64,000 nt of DNA from a bacterium (lineage in GTDB: Bacteria; Zhuqueibacterota; Zhuqueibacteria; Residuimicrobiales; Krinioviventaceae): assembly GCA_963675755.2 (NCBI GenBank), contig CAXXMD010000003.1, forward strand, positions 1,312,001-1,376,000, given 5' to 3'. The notes beneath the pieces were generated by a model. That model made no database searches. It had not been told where the DNA came from and saw only the letters and a list, made by a program, of their open reading frames with translations. Made by a program: the position numbers and the translations under genes. The stretch's first letter is position 1. Each line of letters begins with the position of its first letter. Shown here one piece after another: positions 9,615 to 19,066 of the stretch.

Positions 9615-10823
9615 TTAAAAAACAACTTCTGTTGCTAATTCAAAAATCTTGGTTTCTGATAATTCATATCCATTCCATGTAGGAATATCGCTGGATGTAT
9701 GATCATAATCTAACAGCAGTTTGCATCCCGGTAAAAAACGATATGCAATACCTGCAATATATCGTTCTGTGGATTGGGTTCCAATAAACCATTCCTGATC
9801 CAGGGTGTCGTACCTGCCCATTAAACTCCATTTAGATTTAGGTATTTTGACTTCCGCAAAGGCTGAGCGTCCTTTTTGATCAATGGCCTCAATTATATCT
9901 GCGCTACCATCTTCGACATTCTTTATAGAATTTACATGCGTACCTTCATAATTTCCGGTACCGGTGTAATAACTGCCGGTTAAAACCAGGTGCCGGTTCT
10001 CGTACGAGACAAATCCTGACTGCATTTCCCAGTCGTGCGCATCTACAGTATTACCCTTACCAATGCCACCGTGCCAACTGAATTGGAGTCCAGTCAGGTG
10101 CCTGGGGAGCGGACGCAGAGTTAACCGCCATTCAAAGGTCTTGTTTTCATTTTCTTCAACCGCATGGTATCCGCCACCATTATAAATACCCATAGCAAAG
10201 CTGCCATATTTACCGGGGTTTTTCTTGTTCACCAGCTTTTGATAATTCTTGTCCAGTTCACCGCCAAACAGTGTCATAAATTGAATACCGTAATCCGCTG
10301 AATTGACAATATCTTCTCGCTCCAGAAACATTTGTCCCTGCACACGATATTGATTTATACTCTGCTCAAAATCGATCCAGGGGCGATGCACCAGCCCGAA
10401 TTCAACAGAGGGTTTGACAAACATACCAATATGATCAAAAGTATATTTAATATAGCAATACTTTAAACGCATTTCAATATCACCGCGGCCGTCACCTTCC
10501 TTGTCCACTGAAATATCCGGAGTAATTCTACCAGAAAGGTGTTCAGAAAAGGTCTTTTTTATGTCAATATAACCGCGTTTTAAACCGAATTCATTAAATG
10601 GACCATCATCCGTATCTCCGCCGTGCCAGGTTAAGAACCATTGCCCTGAAATGGAGGTACCGAACAATCCTTCAACAATTTTATTTCGCCAGTCAGAATC
10701 CAGATTGTTCAAAGCCCGCTCTATCACAGAATCGTCTTGAGAAAAAACTGGTGAAACATTAAAAAATATACACACTACCAGAAATGAAAAAACGGTTTCT
10801 GCCAAAACGTTTTTCACTACCAA
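9615..10823 (-). CDS. Outer-membrane porin-like beta-barrel protein (OprO/P-like)
   Basis: Signal peptide, alternating beta-strand pattern, FGLKRGYIDI / RLKYCYI motifs, C-terminal Phe. Confidence 0.6.
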   Translation of the reverse strand: MVVKNVLAETVFSFLVVCIFFNVSPVFSQDDSVIERALNNLDSDWRNKIVEGLFGTSISGQWFLTWHGGDTDDGPFNEFGLKRGYIDIKKTFSEHLSGRITPDISVDKEGDGRGDIEMRLKYCYIKYTFDHIGMFVKPSVEFGLVHRPWIDFEQSINQYRVQGQMFLEREDIVNSADYGIQFMTLFGGELDKNYQKLVNKKNPGKYGSFAMGIYNGGGYHAVEENENKTFEWRLTLRPLPRHLTGLQFSWHGGIGKGNTVDAHDWEMQSGFVSYENRHLVLTGSYYTGTGNYEGTHVNSIKNVEDGSADIIEAIDQKGRSAFAEVKIPKSKWSLMGRYDTLDQEWFIGTQSTERYIAGIAYRFLPGCKLLLDYDHTSSDIPTWNGYELSETKIFELATEVVF

Positions 10824-10842
10824 CCTCTTTATTAATTCAAAT

Positions 10843-11301
10843 TCAGGAGTATTCAGCCAATTCCAAAACTACACCATCGGGGTCCAGAAAATAAAGCAGT
10901 GTTTTTTCCCCATCATCATGTTTCACTGCGCTTGCCGGTACTTTAACAGGTTCGCCAAATGTGCTTACACCTTCCTTTTGCAATTTTTCAGCAAAAGCAG
11001 TTAGATTTTCTACCTTGAATGCAATATGTCGCAATCCATGTGTATTTGGAACGGAATTTTCTGCAATACTCTGCCCTTTGGGGCTCTTGTAACACAGCAG
11101 CTCAATTCGGGGTTCACCCGCCGGTGCAGTGATATAGGCTACATCCGCCTCTACGCCATTCAGGCTTACCACATTATCAATCCAGCCCCCTTCAAGATGG
11201 GCTCTTTTTTTCTCTGTAAATCCCAAAATACGGGTATAAAAATCAACAGAACGTTCAAGGTTTGAAACAACTATATTGATATGGTCAACAGACTTTATCA
11301 T
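10843..11301 (-). CDS. VOC/glyoxalase family protein
   Basis: DHINIVVSNLERSVDFY...GLRHIAF...DPDGVVLEL. Confidence 0.85.
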   Translation of the reverse strand: MIKSVDHINIVVSNLERSVDFYTRILGFTEKKRAHLEGGWIDNVVSLNGVEADVAYITAPAGEPRIELLCYKSPKGQSIAENSVPNTHGLRHIAFKVENLTAFAEKLQKEGVSTFGEPVKVPASAVKHDDGEKTLLYFLDPDGVVLELAEYS

Positions 11302-11321
11302 AATATCCTTAAATGTGTGGA

Positions 11322-11900
11322 TTAAACATACGGTCTAACATCAACAACCACCATACCTGCCTTTTCAGCAGCTTCAAAACCGGCAACTCCATCTTCAAAC
11401 ACCTGGCAAGCACGGGGCTTTACATCAATAGCCTTGGCGGCAGCCAGAAATATATCGGGAGAGGGTTTGGGTTCAACATCATCATCCGCGGTAATAATAA
11501 CGTCAAAATAGCCCAACAAGCCGATGGCTTTGATTATATTTTCAACATTTACACGTGTTCCCCCGGAAGCAACGGCCATAGGAAGCACACCTTTATAATT
11601 TTTAACAATTTGGGTAACAGGCTCAAAGGGTTTGGCGTGCAGTAACTTTTGTTTTACCAGAGTGTTTTTTTCCCGTGCTACCACGTCAATATCCAGATTA
11701 TGTTCAAACCTGTTGTTAAAAAGCTGCACAATCTGCGGTGCGGGAATTCCACCCAGTTCCCGTAAAAATTCCAGGGGACATTCAGCTCCGTATGCTTTAA
11801 ATGCATCGCGCCAGGCCTGCCAATGTAACGGCATTGTATCCGCAAGGGTTCCGTCACAGTCAAAAATCAGTCCTTTGGTATTTTTGTAGACTTGAAGCAT
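11322..11900 (-). CDS. HAD-family sugar-phosphate phosphatase (YqaB/beta-PGM-like)
   Basis: FDCDGTLADT, KPSPDIFL, VFEDG..G..AA..AGM. Confidence 0.88.
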   Translation of the reverse strand: MLQVYKNTKGLIFDCDGTLADTMPLHWQAWRDAFKAYGAECPLEFLRELGGIPAPQIVQLFNNRFEHNLDIDVVAREKNTLVKQKLLHAKPFEPVTQIVKNYKGVLPMAVASGGTRVNVENIIKAIGLLGYFDVIITADDDVEPKPSPDIFLAAAKAIDVKPRACQVFEDGVAGFEAAEKAGMVVVDVRPYV

Positions 11901-12073
11901 TCAATCTCCTCTAACTCGTGTTTGCAGATAAATCGGTATAAATTAGAAATTTTTTTCTGCAAAGACAACTAAAAAGGGCTCTTAATCCGTTATCATTATA
12001 AAATTTAATTGTTTTTCACACATAAATATATTACTATATTTTATAAACTTAAATCTATTATCGGAGGGGCAAC

Positions 12074-14077
12074 ATGATCAAAAAAAACGCATTGATCCTA
12101 GTAATTGTTATATCCCTTGGATTTGTTGGATGCTCGCTATTAACCAACCCGGCTGCAAATATTCAAATGCCCGCCATGTTCAGCAGCAATATGGTATTAC
12201 AGCAAGGTGTTCCAGTTCCTTTTTGGGGCACTGCCAGTCCGGGTGGTACCGTTACAATCAAAATCAATGATCTGGAAGCAAAAACAACCGTTGCAGAAGA
12301 CAGCACCTGGCGAATTGATTTCCCTGCATTTGAATCGTATGGAGGCCCATATACCGTAGAGATTAAAGGTAAAGAATCTTTGGTGTTTGAAAATGTATTA
12401 GTGGGTGAAGTCTGGCTTTGTTCAGGTCAGTCCAACATGGAAATGCCGCTGGCTGGTTGGGGTGAGATCCTGAACTTTGAGCAGGAAATTGCAAACGCCA
12501 ACCACCCAAACATCCGATTGCTGAGCGTTGCCCGCACAATGAAAAACACACCCCAAACCGATATTATCAGTGATGGCTGGGTAGAATGCTCTCCGCAAAC
12601 TATACCGGAATTTTCAGCAACAGCCTATTTTTTTGGACGGCATCTAAATCAGAATCTCGACATACCCATTGGACTGATTCATAGCTCCTGGGGTGGCACA
12701 CTTGCTGAAGCATGGACCAGTGCAGCATCACTTGCAACATTGCCGGATTTTAAAGATCGTGTCAATTTGACCCAGGAAGAAGTAGATCAGAGTTTTGAAG
12801 CACAAATGCAAAAATATGAACGGGACATGCAAAACTGGAACGCCCGTGTTGAAGCCATCATCCATGAAACCCAGGGTAATGGTCCTGACTGGCAAAGCCC
12901 GGATCTGGATACTCGCTCATGGAATTACATGAACCTGCCCGTACTGTGGGAAAAAGCAGGACTGGAAGAATTTGACGGCATTGTCTGGTTCCATAAAGAA
13001 ATCAACTTGTCTGCAGAACAGGCTGCAACCGATGCTGAAATTCAACTGGGGCCTATTGATGATGTTGATATTACATTTATTAACGGTTCCCAGATTGGAA
13101 CAACCGGTACATACAATACAAAACGAGTGTATTCGATACCTGCATCCGTTCTAAAAGCCGGAAAAAATCTGATAGCCATCCAGGTACTGGATACCGGTGG
13201 CGGAGGTGGTATTTGGGGTTCCCCACAAGAGATGAAACTGGTTCCCGGCAGCGGCAGTCCTATCCGATTAGATGGACTATGGAAGTATAAAGTAGGTTTG
13301 GAAATGGCTTCTATACCTCCGCAGCCGCAATCGCCTCAAAGCCCGCACCGGCTCAGTGTACTTTATAATGGTATGATCCATCCGTTGGTTCCTTTTGCAA
13401 TCCGAGGTGCTATCTGGTACCAGGGCGAATCCAATGCAGGACGCGCATACCAGTATCGCGATCTTTTCAAAACCATGATACAGGATTGGCGATCAAAATG
13501 GAACCTGGGAGATTTCCCCTTTATTTTCACCCAACTTGCCAACTATCAAGCCTATAAAGATCAGCCCGGTGATGATGAATGGGCAGAGCTACGAGAAGCA
13601 CAATTCATGGCACTGGATCTTCCCAATACCGGCATGGCCGTTACCATTGATATTGGAGATGCAGGTGACATTCACCCTAAAAACAAACAGGATGTAGGTA
13701 AACGGTTGGCACTCAACGCACTGAACAGTGTTTACGGTAAAACCGATGTGGTACCATGCGGCCCGCTTTATAAATCTTCTGCTGTAGAAGAGGGAAAAAT
13801 CCGTATCAGTTTTGACCAGGTGGATGGCGGACTCGAAGCCAAAGGCGGAGCATTACAGGGTTTTGCAATTGCCGGAAGTGACAAAAAATGGGTTTGGGCC
13901 AATGCGGTTATTGATGGAGAAACTGTTGTTGTTTCCAGTCCATCTGTTGCCAATCCCGTTGCCGTACGTTACGCATGGCAGAGCAACCCTCGCTGTAATT
14001 TGTATAACAAGGCCGGACTGCCGGCATCACCTTTCCGCACAGATAACTGGAAAGGTATAACCGCGGGTAAAAAGTAA
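12074..14077 (+). CDS. Sialate O-acetylesterase (SASA) family lipoprotein, copy 1
   Basis: Lipobox FVGC, GEVWLCSGQSNMEM, WYQGESNA, DIHPKNK; GGAGG RBS. Confidence 0.9.
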   Translation: MIKKNALILVIVISLGFVGCSLLTNPAANIQMPAMFSSNMVLQQGVPVPFWGTASPGGTVTIKINDLEAKTTVAEDSTWRIDFPAFESYGGPYTVEIKGKESLVFENVLVGEVWLCSGQSNMEMPLAGWGEILNFEQEIANANHPNIRLLSVARTMKNTPQTDIISDGWVECSPQTIPEFSATAYFFGRHLNQNLDIPIGLIHSSWGGTLAEAWTSAASLATLPDFKDRVNLTQEEVDQSFEAQMQKYERDMQNWNARVEAIIHETQGNGPDWQSPDLDTRSWNYMNLPVLWEKAGLEEFDGIVWFHKEINLSAEQAATDAEIQLGPIDDVDITFINGSQIGTTGTYNTKRVYSIPASVLKAGKNLIAIQVLDTGGGGGIWGSPQEMKLVPGSGSPIRLDGLWKYKVGLEMASIPPQPQSPQSPHRLSVLYNGMIHPLVPFAIRGAIWYQGESNAGRAYQYRDLFKTMIQDWRSKWNLGDFPFIFTQLANYQAYKDQPGDDEWAELREAQFMALDLPNTGMAVTIDIGDAGDIHPKNKQDVGKRLALNALNSVYGKTDVVPCGPLYKSSAVEEGKIRISFDQVDGGLEAKGGALQGFAIAGSDKKWVWANAVIDGETVVVSSPSVANPVAVRYAWQSNPRCNLYNKAGLPASPFRTDNWKGITAGKK

Positions 14078-14150
14078 CATTTTTATATAATAGAGAATTT
14101 TTAACAGTCATTATAGACATAAAACAACTTAACAACTCGAGGAGTTTTTG

Positions 14151-16220
14151 ATGAGAGAAACGATCAAATCTAATTCACAAAGGGAAAAATCATTCTTGAG
14201 AATCATTAAAAAAGCCCTTTACTGGGTCAATGTAACTTTTCTATTAGTAGCCTTATCTGGCTATTTTGTTGGCTGTTCTCTATTACAAAACCCGGCTGCA
14301 AACATTCAAATGCCCGCAATGTTCAGCAGCAACATGGTATTGCAGCAAGGTATACCTGTTCCCTTTTGGGGCACTGCAAGTCCGGGTGGTACCGTTACAA
14401 TTAAAATAAATGATCTGGAAGCAAAAACAACCGTTGCAGAAGACAGCACCTGGCGCATTGATTTCCCGGCGTTTGAATCGTATGGAGGTCCATATACCGT
14501 AGAAATTCAAGGTAAAGAAACAATGGTCTTTGGCAATGTTATGGTAGGTGAAGTCTGGGTCTGTTCAGGGCAATCCAACATGGAAATGCCGCTGGCAGGC
14601 TGGGGTGAGATCCTGAACTTTGAACAGGAAATTGCAAACGCCAACCACCCAAACATTCGATTGCTGAGCGTTGCCCACGCTATTAAGAATACGCCTCAAT
14701 CTGATATTATTAGCGATGGCTGGGTTGAGTGTTCTCCGGAGAATATCCCCTACTTTTCAGCAACAGCCTATTTTTTCGGACGACATCTGAACCAGAATCT
14801 GGATATTCCCATTGGGCTCATCCACACCTCATGGGGCGGTACTCCCGCGGAAGCATGGACCAGTGCGGCATCACTTGCCACATTGCCCGATTTTAAAGAC
14901 TGTATCAATTTAACCCAGGAAGAAGTAGAACAGAGCTTTGAAGCACAAATGCAACAATATGAACGTGACCTGCAAAAATGGAACGATAATTTAGATGCAA
15001 TGATTCAAAAAACTCAGGGAAACGGTCCGAAATGGGACAGCCCTGACCTGGATACACGTTCATGGAATTATATGAACCTGCCCGTACTGTGGGAAAAAGC
15101 CGGATTGGAAGGTTTTGACGGTGTTGTATGGTTTCGTAAAGAAATCAGTCTGACAGCTGCACAGGCAGAGGCCGATGCAGAAATTCATCTTGGCCCCATA
15201 AATGATATTGACATAACTCTGGTAAATGGTACCCAAATCGGTTCCTTACGGGCACATGACCTTAAAAGAGTATACACTATACCCGCATCAGTTCTCAAAG
15301 CAGGCAAAAACATAATTGCTGTACAGGTTTTAGACATTGGCGGTAATGGCGGCCTTTGGGGAACAGCTAACGAGATGAAACTCTTTCCGGCAAGCGGTGA
15401 CCCCATTCGTCTGGATGGCCTCTGGAAGTATAAACCCGGACTCGAAATGGCATCCGTACCACCACAGCCGCAATCCCCCGAAAGCCCGAATCGCCTCAGC
15501 GTACTTTATAACGGCATGCTCCACCCGTTGGCCCCTTTTGCAATTCAGGGCGCTATCTGGTACCAGGGTGAATCCAATGCGGGACGCGCATACCAGTACC
15601 GAGATCTTTTTAAAACCATGATACAGGATTGGCGGTCATTATGGGGACAAGGCGATTTCCCCTTTATCTTTACACAACTTGCTAATTTCAAAGCTTATAA
15701 AAACCAACCCGGTGATGATGACTGGGCAGAGCTGCGCGAAGGACAACTCATGGCATTGGATCTTCCCAATACCGGCATGGCTGTTACAATAGACATTGGC
15801 AATGCAGACGATATACATCCCAAAAACAAACAGGATGTAGGCAAACGGCTTGCGCTTAACGCCCTGAACAGCGTTTACGGTAAAACCGATGTGGTACCTT
15901 GCGGTCCGCTTTATAAATCCTCTACTGTAGAAGAGGGAAAAATCCGTATCACTTTCGACCAGGTAGATGGCGGTCTCGAAGCCAAAGGCGGAGCGTTAAA
16001 AGGCTTTGCTATTGCCGGTAATGATAAAAAATGGGTGTGGGCAAATGCAGTTATTGATGGAGAAACCGTTGTTGTTTCCAGTCCTTCTGTTGCCAATCCC
16101 GTTGCCGTTCGTTACGCATGGCAGGCAAATCCCCGCTGTAATTTATACAACAAGGCCGGACTGCCGGCATCGCCTTTCCGCACAGATACCTGGAAGGGAA
16201 TCACCGCGGGTAAAAAATAA
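14151..16220 (+). CDS. Sialate O-acetylesterase family lipoprotein, copy 2 (extended N-terminus)
   Basis: Same motifs and highly similar to copy 1. ATG at 14151 follows GGAG. Confidence 0.9.
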   Translation: MRETIKSNSQREKSFLRIIKKALYWVNVTFLLVALSGYFVGCSLLQNPAANIQMPAMFSSNMVLQQGIPVPFWGTASPGGTVTIKINDLEAKTTVAEDSTWRIDFPAFESYGGPYTVEIQGKETMVFGNVMVGEVWVCSGQSNMEMPLAGWGEILNFEQEIANANHPNIRLLSVAHAIKNTPQSDIISDGWVECSPENIPYFSATAYFFGRHLNQNLDIPIGLIHTSWGGTPAEAWTSAASLATLPDFKDCINLTQEEVEQSFEAQMQQYERDLQKWNDNLDAMIQKTQGNGPKWDSPDLDTRSWNYMNLPVLWEKAGLEGFDGVVWFRKEISLTAAQAEADAEIHLGPINDIDITLVNGTQIGSLRAHDLKRVYTIPASVLKAGKNIIAVQVLDIGGNGGLWGTANEMKLFPASGDPIRLDGLWKYKPGLEMASVPPQPQSPESPNRLSVLYNGMLHPLAPFAIQGAIWYQGESNAGRAYQYRDLFKTMIQDWRSLWGQGDFPFIFTQLANFKAYKNQPGDDDWAELREGQLMALDLPNTGMAVTIDIGNADDIHPKNKQDVGKRLALNALNSVYGKTDVVPCGPLYKSSTVEEGKIRITFDQVDGGLEAKGGALKGFAIAGNDKKWVWANAVIDGETVVVSSPSVANPVAVRYAWQANPRCNLYNKAGLPASPFRTDTWKGITAGKK

Positions 16221-16245
16221 AACGACTTGAATATAGAACAGATTG

Positions 16246-16278
16246 AAAGCGCAGGAATTAAATTCCTGCGCTTTTTTT
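16246..16278 (+). terminator. Rho-independent terminator
   Basis: AAAGCGCAGGAATT-A-AATTCCTGCGCTTT followed by a T run. Confidence 0.85.
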
Positions 16279-16396
16279 ATTTTCTAACACTCTTGAATGG
16301 CTGTGATAAAGCACTTGATTAAAGGTTTTAAAAAGTGTAAATTGTCCGGTATTTTTCGACAAATTTTTTACTTTTTGCAGCACAAGGAGTTATTCA

Positions 16397-17983
16397 ATGA
16401 GTGAAGCGGTGAGTCCCGGGACACCTGAGAAAAAATCATTCACAAAAATCATCAAAGAAGCATTTTCCGAATTGGCAGAAACCCTGGTAGCTTTTGTTAA
16501 AGCACCCCGCGCCCTGTACGGAATAAACATTCCCTATATTATTGAAGGATTGGTATACTTTGGCTTGCTTACCATTCTGGGAAAATATTGCTCTGAAAAC
16601 GTAGCATTAACAGATGTTCAAGCCGGCTGGGTATATGGCGGTGTGACCGGTGGTATTACCTTTGCCATGCTGTTACTAGGCGGTGTGGTGGACAAGATCG
16701 GCGTACGTGTTTCTCTGGCTTTGGCATTTTTTATTATGGCCATTGGTCGTTTGTTGATATCCATATCGGGCACAATGCCACTGGGCAGCGGAATTGGTTC
16801 GCCCATGTTCCTGGTCATGTCCGCTGGATTATTATTGATGGTTTCCGCATACGGGCTCTACCAACCCGCCGCTTATGCCGGTGTAAAGCGCTATACCAAT
16901 CCGCAAACCTCAGCGATGGGTTACGCGGTACTGTATGCCCTGATGAACCTGGGTGCTTTTGTCTTCGGACCGATATCTTCTTTTACCCGTCAAAAATTTG
17001 AAAACACCTTTCCCCCTAATGGATTGACCGCTGTATTCTGGCTGCTGACCGGATTAACAGTTTTATCTCTGTTTTTGTTTTTAGCAATTACCACCAAAAA
17101 AGTGGACCAGGAAGCTGCCGATCGCTCAAAGCGTGAACACAGCGAAATGAAGTCTGAATCCAAAGAGAAAAAAGAAACACCCGTTGAAACCCCCAAAGTA
17201 AAAATTAACAACCTGCCTGCATTCTTTTTATTTGGACTGGATATCGTTGCGCTGGGATTTATGATCAACGCGTTAATGAAAGGTTTTAAAAGCAGTATCA
17301 TCATAACTGCTACATTGTTTGGCATTCTCTTGGTCGCCGGTACCTGGGAATACCTGCGTCATCGTCCCGATCACCCCTTTCGTGATACCCGGTTGGTGTT
17401 TTTCATCTTTATTCTGATCCCTGTGCAAACCCTGTTTGCGCACAACTGGCTGACCATACCTTACTATCTGGACCGCGCATTTGCCGGCACCTGGGTCAGC
17501 AACAATTTCGAGATTCTTGCTAATCTGAATCCCATCATGATCTTTGTGCTTACCCCCATTATTGCGGGCCTTACAGCCAAAGCCGATGTTTACAAAATGA
17601 TGATCTGGGGCACCCTGGTCATGGCAGCGCCTACCTTTTTACTTGCAGTTGGGCCTGTGGCGGTATTTTTTGTGATCTATATAGTCATCATGTCAGTAGG
17701 AGAAGCCATGTGGCAGCCGCGCTTTTTACAATGGATTGCTGATATTGCTCCCGAAGGCAAAACCGGCGCGTACATGGGAATTGGACAGTTTCCCTGGTTT
17801 CTCACCAAGCTGGTCACTTCTCTCTATTCCGGTTATTTTGTAGCCAACTATATCCCAAAACCCGGTTCAGACATTGTACCGCGCTCGGGACAAATGTGGC
17901 TGATCTATGCGGTTATAGCCATGATCTCGCCCCTTGCCTTGTGGATGGCCAAAAACTGGATGATCAAGGGGATGAAAAAATAA
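16397..17983 (+). CDS. MFS transporter (POT/peptide-transporter-like)
   Basis: Many TM helices; GGVVDKIGVR MFS motif A; YALMNLGA; APEGKTGAYMG. Confidence 0.8.
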   Translation: MSEAVSPGTPEKKSFTKIIKEAFSELAETLVAFVKAPRALYGINIPYIIEGLVYFGLLTILGKYCSENVALTDVQAGWVYGGVTGGITFAMLLLGGVVDKIGVRVSLALAFFIMAIGRLLISISGTMPLGSGIGSPMFLVMSAGLLLMVSAYGLYQPAAYAGVKRYTNPQTSAMGYAVLYALMNLGAFVFGPISSFTRQKFENTFPPNGLTAVFWLLTGLTVLSLFLFLAITTKKVDQEAADRSKREHSEMKSESKEKKETPVETPKVKINNLPAFFLFGLDIVALGFMINALMKGFKSSIIITATLFGILLVAGTWEYLRHRPDHPFRDTRLVFFIFILIPVQTLFAHNWLTIPYYLDRAFAGTWVSNNFEILANLNPIMIFVLTPIIAGLTAKADVYKMMIWGTLVMAAPTFLLAVGPVAVFFVIYIVIMSVGEAMWQPRFLQWIADIAPEGKTGAYMGIGQFPWFLTKLVTSLYSGYFVANYIPKPGSDIVPRSGQMWLIYAVIAMISPLALWMAKNWMIKGMKK

Positions 17984-17994
17984 CTTTTTCTTTA

Positions 17995-18057
17995 CAGGAT
18001 TTAAGGATGACAGGATTGATATGGGGGCTGCTATAATCCTGTTGTCTTTTAATCCTG
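17995..18057. repeat. Short-period inverted repeat element (CAGGATT)n...(AATCCTG)n
   Basis: CAGGATTT AAGGATGA CAGGATT ... AATCCTG TTGTCTTTT AATCCTG. Confidence 0.6.
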
Positions 18058-18126
18058 ATCTTCGAATCTACTACATTCAAACGATATATTCTTGATACCT
18101 CTGCATCCGTGAGAATATTTTAATGA

Positions 18127-18960
18127 ACTCTCACAGAGGCAAAGTCACAGAGAAAAAACATATCTACTTTTTCAGGAAACGGAATGAATTTATTTTATTC
18201 AATACTAATATTACTGATCCCTCTATTTGCCAGTGCAAAACCAAATTTCGATGAAAACATTCAAAAACCGTACGGGGATAGAAGGTTTGCAGGGGATTAT
18301 GTCTCTTATTATTGCCATTTTAATATCCCGTTTTATATGAGCTATTTGGGAGATGAGGTAAAAGCATCATCCTGTTTTTATTCCGGTTTTGCAAGTCAAA
18401 TTGGACAGTTTCAATATACCCGAAAAATAAACGATACCATGAAATGGGGATGGGGCTGGGGATTACCTTTATTGACCCTTTATCTGGAAAAAGAATGGTC
18501 AATTGTCGATACAAAAGAATTTACTACAAGCTTAATGCTGGGAGGTTGGCCAGTTTCCGTCAACACCAAAGTGTTTGTACCGTTCATTCAAAGAAAAAGA
18601 TGTTTACAAGGGGGATCGGTAAATTATTTTTTTTACTCGGGAGGTTATTCCATAGATCAATTATATTTGCTATCGCCTTTTTATCCCAGATCGCATATTT
18701 ACTCGCTGAATTATGAAAGTTTGGTCAAGCTGAACAGCAAAGGCACTTTAAACTTGATCTTTTCCCTGGGAGTTAATTACCTTTACATGAGTTACATACA
18801 TATGGGTATAATAGAAAATGATCCTTGGGCTACAACCTGGGCTGAGTATAAAAATTTTACAAATACTGATACGCAATGGGAAAAAAGGACCGCCTGGAAT
18901 GCTTCTATCGGCATCAACTTTTAATCTTTTTCCTTGGCTTCTCAGTGCCTTTGTGAGAGT
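18127..18960. repeat. 15-bp inverted repeats bracketing the orphan gene
   Basis: ACTCTCACAGAGGCA (18127-18141) versus TGCCTTTGTGAGAGT (18946-18960): 14/15 complementary. Confidence 0.6.
18184..18924 (+). CDS. Hypothetical exported protein, possibly an outer-membrane beta-barrel
   Basis: Signal peptide, aromatic-rich, ends ASIGINF; AT-rich. Confidence 0.65.
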   Translation: MNLFYSILILLIPLFASAKPNFDENIQKPYGDRRFAGDYVSYYCHFNIPFYMSYLGDEVKASSCFYSGFASQIGQFQYTRKINDTMKWGWGWGLPLLTLYLEKEWSIVDTKEFTTSLMLGGWPVSVNTKVFVPFIQRKRCLQGGSVNYFFYSGGYSIDQLYLLSPFYPRSHIYSLNYESLVKLNSKGTLNLIFSLGVNYLYMSYIHMGIIENDPWATTWAEYKNFTNTDTQWEKRTAWNASIGINF

Positions 18961-19033
18961 ATTTCCCAAAAGTTGAACTTGATTGGGATGGAAAAATATC
19001 TACAATTTCAAGTTAATACAAGATTCAATTTAA

Positions 19034-19059
19034 TGCCCGGCACTTGTGGGTGCCGGGCA
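19034..19059 (-). terminator. Hairpin terminator downstream of the GH106-like gene
   Basis: TGCCCGGCAC-N6-GTGCCGGGCA. Confidence 0.7.
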
Positions 19060-19066
19060 AGCAAGA

